Source: Folioceros fuciformis | Lineage: Eukaryota | Direction of reading: 5' to 3' | DNA: 41,010 bases | NCBI GenBank assembly: GCA_049999805.1 | Contig: JBNGIO010006314.1 | Coordinates: 54,834-95,843, forward strand | The notes under the pieces: model-generated | The model's input: the letters and a program-made list of their open reading frames with translations, nothing else | The model's database searches: none | Told to the model about the DNA's origin: nothing | Part shown: positions 34,329-41,010 of the stretch, piece after piece | Layout of the letters: each line of letters opens with the position of its first letter | How positions within the stretch are numbered: the stretch's first letter is position 1 | Translations under genes and position numbers: made by a program

Positions 34329-34849
34329 GGCGACACGGTAAGCCCATCTCGGTTTAACCAGAGATCGCCTAGAAGTCGGTTTTATGGAGGGGTTGGGGAA
34401 AGAAGAACAATTCTACTAGGGCAGAGATGTGAGGACTCCCCAGATTATTTTTCTCAAGTTATTCATCATTTAACGTTTATAGATTGGCTGAAAACCATTA
34501 GACTTTCTTGGGTGACCCGATTTTTCTCAATAAGTGTATTTTTAGCTCACTGTCATCCAATCACCTAATTAGTAAGGTCACGAACGTAAAGTACATACAT
34601 ACTATATCTAGGTGTGCAAAAGCCACATACACACTATATTTAGGTGTGTGAAAGTTGTTCTACCGATTGGGGAACCCCTTGCCTATATATTTGAGTACGG
34701 ATGACATAATAGTATCATGCAACATGGACTTTAGTTACTGCTGATGACTGCACCACATTGTTTGCCGCACTATTTGCACGCAAGTCGAGCTCCTATCTCA
34801 AGTCGTGCAACAAGTTTTTCTGGGTTGAGCTCATGTGAAGTCTTGGAAG

Positions 34850-35879
34850 ATGGTGAGTGCATCAATGCATCGTGGTTGTGGTGTTTGTTTGTTGGATCAC
34901 TCATCACTAATGTTGGAGATCACTCATCACTAATGTTGGAGATCACTCATCACTAATGTTGGAGAACAATTGTGTTCTGTTACAGTTGATCTCGAAGAAA
35001 AATCGGGTGGAGGTGTACAAGTACCTCTTCAAAGGTTTGTGAGCTTGTCCTAGCCTTTTCTACACCACATAGTTGCATGTGTCTGTGTTCAATGTGATTT
35101 TGTTGCTGATTTGCTATGGTGGCCGGGTGCAGAGGGTGTCCTATATGGTAAGAAGGACTTCAATGCTCCCAAGCATCCTGAGATCGATGTCCCGAATCTG
35201 GAGGTATTTTTGCACTTCAATGTGCGCAAAGTTGTATCCGTGCGTTTCGCACAATTGGCAGCTACCCTAATTATTTGTGCTATAGGTCATCAAGTTGATG
35301 CAAAGCTTCAAATCTAAGGAGTATGTGAAGGAGTCCTTTGCGTGGAGGCATTACTACTGGTACCTAACAAATAATGGAATTGAGTATCTGCGGACATACC
35401 TCAACTTGCCATCGCAGATTATCCCTGCCACCTTAAAGAAGTCAGCTCGTCCGCCGAGCAAACCCATCGGAGCTCTTAGCGATATGGATAGGCCAAGGTT
35501 AATTGTCGTCACCTCTCTCCTCCTTGTATTTTTGACCTAATATCTTCCTACATTTGTTGTTGCTTACATGGGGCTCATTTGTGACGGCCATCGCAGGGGC
35601 CCACCACAATACAATGACAATGAGAGGGAAGTCTACCGCACGGGCATGCTTAGGGGTCATGGAGGTATTGATAAGGGTGGAGCTCCAAGGGAATACCTTC
35701 CAGAATTCCGAGGAGTACGTAGAATGAATCCAAGGCTCTTGGAGCAGGTTTTGCTTGTGTTCTGCATCTCTATACTTGGTAACGGAATTTGATGTCTTGT
35801 TTTATGTTAGGTTGGAAGAGGGCGTGGCTTTGGCCGAGGCCGTGGTGGTTCTGGTGGTTCAGCACCTTCACTGAAATAG
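34850..35879 (+). CDS. RPS10: 40S ribosomal protein S10 (eS10), diverged copy B, same 6-exon layout
   Basis: Same exon/intron layout as copy A with alignable introns; spliced frame is open to TAG 35877-35879; several amino-acid changes. May be a decaying or untranscribed copy. Confidence 0.8.
34895..34963. repeat. Tandem repeat 23 bp x3 in RPS10 copy B intron 1
   Basis: GATCACTCATCACTAATGTTGGA at 34895, 34918 and 34941; a single unit is present in copy A. Confidence 0.9.
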
Positions 35880-37164
35880 ATTTTCCTTCATGTACAATTT
35901 TAATTAGGTCTTGCAGTTGTAGTGTAGTTGTCTCATGATCTCATTACCGTATTGGGCATACAAAAACATTCAAGTGACCAAGGGCTATCAAGCCTGCTTC
36001 ATCAAATAGAAATTTGGATGAGTACTATTCCAATGTAACGAACAATTGAGAGATAGAGTAAAGTTTGGCATCGATGCACTTGTCATCCTTTTCCTTTCTC
36101 AATACCATTTTCAGTGTCCTAAGGCCACTTTTCTTACATAGAACAACAACAACTCAATGGTCAAGGTGAGGACATCCCACTTTTGCCTTTCCAACTCCCA
36201 AATTATCCTATTATAATAGGCAACATGACATTGCTTGTTCATATGCAATAGAAGCCAGATGTTGGAAGTAAAGCCAACACATAGTATAAGTGAAATTAGG
36301 GTTACTGGTGATAGGCCCAAGATGAAACGTCATCTGGGTTTTAGTATATAAGTAACACTTATAGACTTTTTCAATACACAACTCATTCTTTGTTTTTCCA
36401 CAATATAAAGTTTGATTGAGCCAAACTGCTCTCTGCAATTTTCATAAGAGCCATGGTTTTCGTTTTAGTAGCACCCTCCAAAACCTTTCAATCAACTTGC
36501 GTTGTAGACGTATTTATTAAGGCTCATTGATGTGTAGACACATCTACCTAGTAGATGTGTCAAACCAAATACAAGATTTCATGATTACAGACAAAGAAGT
36601 ACCTACCTAGTTTGTTATGTATCTCGCAGAGGATGTCAAAATAAATGAAGGGCCTACTTAGTTCTGAAGCCAATGAAGCTTCTAGAACTAGACTAGTTGT
36701 GGACCTATATATGTACTACCTTAGTCACATATATATTCTACATCTGTTAGAGATTTTTCATGAAGACGCCACACCAGCACAGTCTAGTTGACAATTAGTA
36801 TATTGTGTTTGCTGGAGCTCTTTGGAACGCAATAGGGCCAAATTAAGAGTTTTGAACTATCAATTTGCAAAGTGTTAGAGTTGCCATGTCCAAAGAAGGC
36901 CACCACTTGAATCAATGGGTCTCTACATTACAAACATGTTATGAAGAGAATATCACAGCCAAGAAAAGGGGTTATACTTCTTGTACATAAGCTTTACACA
37001 CTTCTTGACAAGTCTCTAAAAGTCCTAAATATTCAACGAAATACTGTTCACTATACCATGCGTAACGATCCCAAGATTAGACTCATCATAAGAAATAATA
37101 GAAACTTCTGCTACACGAGGTGGTGTCCTATTCATTGATCTCATTAAATGTGTTTAGATGCTTT

Positions 37165-37437
37165 ACCTTACTTCCTATCCTTAGGCTTCATAAAATACCC
37201 TCTACTTCTTTATGTTATTTAATGTATTTATGTACCCTGTTGGGCGTCGAGGACGTTTGGAAAAATGCCCCTATTTACTTCTTATTCCTCTTCAATGGCT
37301 AGTTACTTATTATTCCTCTTCAATGGCTATTTACTTATTATTCTTCTTTAACGGCTATTTACTTATTATTCCTCTTCAATGGCTATTTAATTATTATTTA
37401 TCTTTAATGGTTTTATAAGCCTTACTCAATGTCTTAG
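37165..37437 (+). repeat. Dispersed direct repeat copy 1 (matches 40286-40450), containing a 28 bp x5 minisatellite at 37271-37410
   Basis: CCTTAGGCTTCATAAAATACCCTCTACTTCTTTAT.TTATTTAATGTATTTATGT is shared with copy 2; unit CTATTTACTTATTATTCCTCTTCAATGG occurs five times. Confidence 0.9.
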
Positions 37438-37439
37438 AT

Positions 37440-38930
37440 AATTATGAAATCACCATCAAAGGAGTGGGAACGATAGAGGTTGCCTTGTCTGGTGGAGGAA
37501 CTTTTAGGCTTGAGAAACCCTTGCATGTACCACAGTTGGCTAAAAACTGGGTCAACGCTATGGCACTTAGCAAGACTAGCCTCTATAGGATCACTTTTGA
37601 AGAAACGTCATGTGTGATATCTATGGTGGATTCTTCTTCAAACAGTCATAGCTCGGGGATGTTCCTTGTATGCCTTATACCTATTGGATTTTATCCCACT
37701 TGCTTCCTCTCCTACATCTCAGGTCAAAGGAGTTAAGACAACTGTAAGTCAAGCTTTCACATGGCATTGTGGATTAGGCCATCCAAACATCCGGGCAATG
37801 AGAAGGCCACTCAAAGAGAAAATGTTGACAAGATTTATTGAATTTGAGTTACCTGACCTGGAGTTGTGTGTGGCCTGCATTCATGGGAAACAATTTAGGT
37901 CTCATTCTGGTAGTGGCAAGCCAAGAAAGGAGACAAATACTCTTGATATGTTTCACACCGATATTTGCAAGCCTATATCCGTTTCTTCTTGGCGAGGTGC
38001 TCACTACTTTGTGATTTTTGAAGATAACAAGACAGACTTCACGGTCACTGAACCTCTGCAACGTAAGAGCGAAGTTTTTGATAGTTTTAGAAGGTACCTT
38101 GTCTATGCAAGGCGTTAGACTTGAAGGCAGTTGAAGTGCATCAGATTTGATAATGCAAAACAATATGTCTCTAAGACTTTTTAGCAGTCTTGTCAAGAGA
38201 GAGGAATCACATGGCAGCTCACCATTCCTTACCATTCATACATGAATGGATGTGCTGAGAGGCAGCATCATACTATTCAAGATGCTGCACGCTCCTTATT
38301 GTTTCAGGGGAGGGGAGGGGAGGCTGCCAATCCATTTTTGGGCTAAAGTTGTCAAGGTTGCAACATATTTACATGATAGGGCTGCTGTTTCATTCCTCCG
38401 TGGAGTTATTCCTTTTGAAGTGTGGACAGGCACCAAACCTAATCTTGGTCACCTTTGAGTTTTTGGCAGCTTTGCATCTGCTCATGTTCCTGACACTAAA
38501 TTCATTACAAATCCAAAAGATATGTTTTTATTCAGTATACAGCTGGTATTCATGGGTAGAAGTTGTTTGAACCCACCTCCCACAAAGTGATTCATCCTCG
38601 GATTGTTGCTTTAGATGAATGCCCAGTCTTGCCAAATGTTACTTTGGATGCTTCCTCTTCATTCTATTTTCTAGTTTTGGAATCAATTTCAAATGATATG
38701 GTTGCGTTAGAAGAAGATTTGGATGTTGCAGCCTTTCCTACCGTTGACCTATCTTTTGTTCCCTTTGTTTCTCCTTCTCATCAAGGATTGGGGGAAGTGC
38801 TCACTATTCTGTGCAATTATTCTTTAGGTGAAATCGCTGTAGGTAGGTCTTCAAGTTTGCGCCATCGTGTCACGATTAAGCTTCCTTACGGGCGCAGCAA
38901 CTGGGCTCTTTGGTGGTTCTTCAGCTCATA
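37440..38930 (+). mobile_element. Degenerate Ty1/copia fragment (protease, GAG-pre-integrase HHCC, integrase core)
   Basis: KGVGTIEV...LHVPQLAKN; WHCGLGHPN...CVACIHGKQ; HTDICKP...YFVIFED; IRFDNAKQY; LPIHFWAKVV..A.YL.DR; PFEVWTGTKPNLGHL. Multiple stops and frameshifts; no gag or RT seen. Confidence 0.9.
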
Positions 38931-39244
38931 GGCTGCTCACAGGTCAAGTGTCGTGCTTTAAGAAGTCTTGCCTTTCAACATCGGAACATACATAACCCTA
39001 GGCCATTTAAACATATATATTTTATATATTTAGCATACATTCATGTATATATATGGGGTGGCCAGCTCCTATATGATATACGCGTATATTCTTGCAATAG
39101 TGCACATAGATGCCTCCCTTTCTTCCTCCCTGTCATGCACACCAAGGCTACTGGTCATCCTACCACTCTTTGGTGGTTTACTACACACGAGATCGACGAA
39201 AGGAGTAGCTTTCCTCTACTCCTCCTCCCTCGTTGCCACACCAT

Positions 39245-39348
39245 CACTTAACAAGATTTAAGGAGTAAAATTGACTATGCTTTGCGTCACGTCACCAACA
39301 CTTAACAAGATTTAAGAAGTCAAACTGACTATGTTTTGCGTCACGTCA
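39245..39348. repeat. Tandem duplication, 54-bp period x2
   Basis: CACTTAACAAGATTTAAG.AGT.AAA.TGACTATG.TTTGCGTCACGTCA occurs twice. Confidence 0.85.
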
Positions 39349-40285
39349 TTGCATTGTTCTCCTAGGTAGTAATTCATGCAAATGCAAAGTTGTAACTCAA
39401 AACCATTGATTCAATGGTTCAGTTTGCCATAAGCTTCTAAATTGAATGGATGTATAACACTTTGTGCATTGTCCTTATGCCAAGCTTTCTAAGCGAACTA
39501 TCAAAAGAATGTCTGATCATTCCCTCCCAATCACTGTATACCCACAACATTCCGTTACCAACCACCTAGATGGCCCTTCCCAAACTGTTATCAACCGTAC
39601 ACAAAGTTAACTACTAAAACACGCACTCTCCAACTCTTCTTTCATGAGAAATTTTCACTCTTCACCCTAAAACACAAGAGATTTACCCTTTCTACAAACA
39701 TATTTATCATGAGTAAATAACTTACGTAGTCACGATCTGCACAACAAGTTCACACAGGTCCAAAACTCTAACAAACTTTCTAAGTCATGACACAAGTCTT
39801 CTATACGTGCGTGACTTCGGCTCCATCTTGTCTTCAACTGAACACTTGTGGAGATGGCGCACACATCTTTTCCGATTATTATCTATTCTGTTTCTTTGAT
39901 TGGGGTTTCGTTATGGCACAATGTGAGGTTTAGGGTTTTGATTTCATTAATTTAGGCTTATTTATTTAAATCCTACTCAACTAAATGCTAGCAATGAGTG
40001 AGAGTCTTAGAAATAATATACTTTACTTAAGCTACAGTACTACCATTTAGGGTTAGTGGTAGTTGAGACAATTACTTTTAGTTTTTGCATGAATACTGTT
40101 ACTTTTTTACATATATGTAAACACATAGAGAATATATGCTTCTCTGATGGAGAATGTGTGTGTCAAATTATCCATGTTTCTTAATTTCATAATCCCCTGT
40201 AGGTCCACCTAGAGCATGATGTTGTGATGTTGCGATTGGAGATAACAAAGGGCCTATTTGTATTTACGGTGCGACACCTTATCTT

Positions 40286-40630
40286 ACCTTACCTCCTTTC
40301 CTTAGGCTTCATAAAATACCCTCTACTTCTTTATCTTATTTAATGTATTTATGTGCCTTGCTCCGCGTCCTTGATGTTTAGCCCTAAAATGCCCCTATTT
40401 ACTTATTATTCCTCTTCAATGGCTTTATAAGCCTTGCTCAATGTTTTAGGGTTCAACAATCACTCTTCCACTTTTGGCATATATACGTGTATATTATATC
40501 TACTATTATATTACGTGGCTTTATAAGCCTGGGTCAATGTCTTAGGGTTTGACAATTATTCTTCCACTTAGGGTTTAGGAATTAGGGCCTATACATGTGT
40601 ATATTCTATCTACTATTATATTACTTGAAA
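40286..40630 (+). repeat. Dispersed direct repeat copy 2 (40286-40450) plus local duplication (~40420-40513 vs ~40517-40623)
   Basis: Aligns to 37165-37437 with only one 28-bp unit; GGCTTTTATAAGCCT.G.TCAATGT.TTAGGGTT..ACAAT and TATCTACTATTATATTAC are each duplicated. Confidence 0.85.
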
Positions 40631-40649
40631 GCACCACTCTACCACAATG

Positions 40650-40930
40650 GCACCATCAATCGTCTACTCTCTATTGTAGCACCATCAATCGTCTACTCTC
40701 TATTGGCGGAGAATGTCTACTCTTTCCACACGACATCAAATTAACATCACCGATTCAAGTAAAGTGGCGGAGAATGTCTACTCTTTCCACACGACACCAA
40801 ATTGACATCACTGATTCAAGTAACGTAACACACAAGTAAAGTAACACAGCAAATCGGCATCATAGAATCGAGAATTAACATCATTGATTCAAGTAAAGTA
40901 ACACAGCAAATCGGCATCATGGAATCGAGT
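40650..40930. repeat. Cluster of three consecutive short duplications (~29, ~61, ~57 bp periods)
   Basis: GCACCATCAATCGTCTACTCTCTATTG x2; GGCGGAGAATGTCTACTCTTTCCACACGACA x2; AAGTAAAGTAACACAGCAAATCGGCATCAT x2. Confidence 0.85.
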
Positions 40931-41010
40931 AACGTAACACCACGTTGTTACAAAGCAAAGGGAGGCGCACCACCACGTTGTTGGCTCCAAACTAAGGAGC
41001 AATGATGCAA

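Noticed and set aside
36111-36438. Short minus-strand ORFs in AT-rich DNA right of RPS10 copy B
   Set aside because: No identifiable family motif, frequent stops in flanking frames, no clear splice pattern.
37271-37410. 28-bp repeats as a CRISPR array
   Set aside because: Units are contiguous with no unique spacers, there are no cas genes, and the context is eukaryotic; this is a minisatellite.

Overview
A gene-dense land-plant nuclear region with many short (~65-200 bp) introns. It is most likely from a hornwort (Anthoceros-like), judged from the co-occurrence of DYW:KP/'GRP'-type and 'WW'-type PLS-PPR genes. From left to right: the 3' end of an intact-looking Ty1/copia pol, followed by an antisense TM + coiled-coil ORF and a candidate very short LTR; a 100-N gap; ERD15-like PAM2 gene (+); histidinol dehydrogenase (-, 14 exons, one GC-AG intron) head-to-head with TRS85/TRAPPC8 (+, ~28 exons); a frameshifted PLS-PPR gene (+) that joins an N-terminal OSB-type PDF motif to a KPAxA...HAEKLA...GRP (candidate U-to-C editing) domain; a convergent ~47-motif PLS-PPR gene (-) with a truncated WW-type DYW region; Golgi alpha-mannosidase II (+); an inverted, divergently oriented pair of RPS10 genes; and an AT-rich right end with a decayed copia fragment between direct repeats plus several small tandem duplications. 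The strongest novelty candidates are the PDF-PPR-GRP architecture and the copia antisense membrane ORF. All family calls come from motif recognition by eye; no database searches were run.
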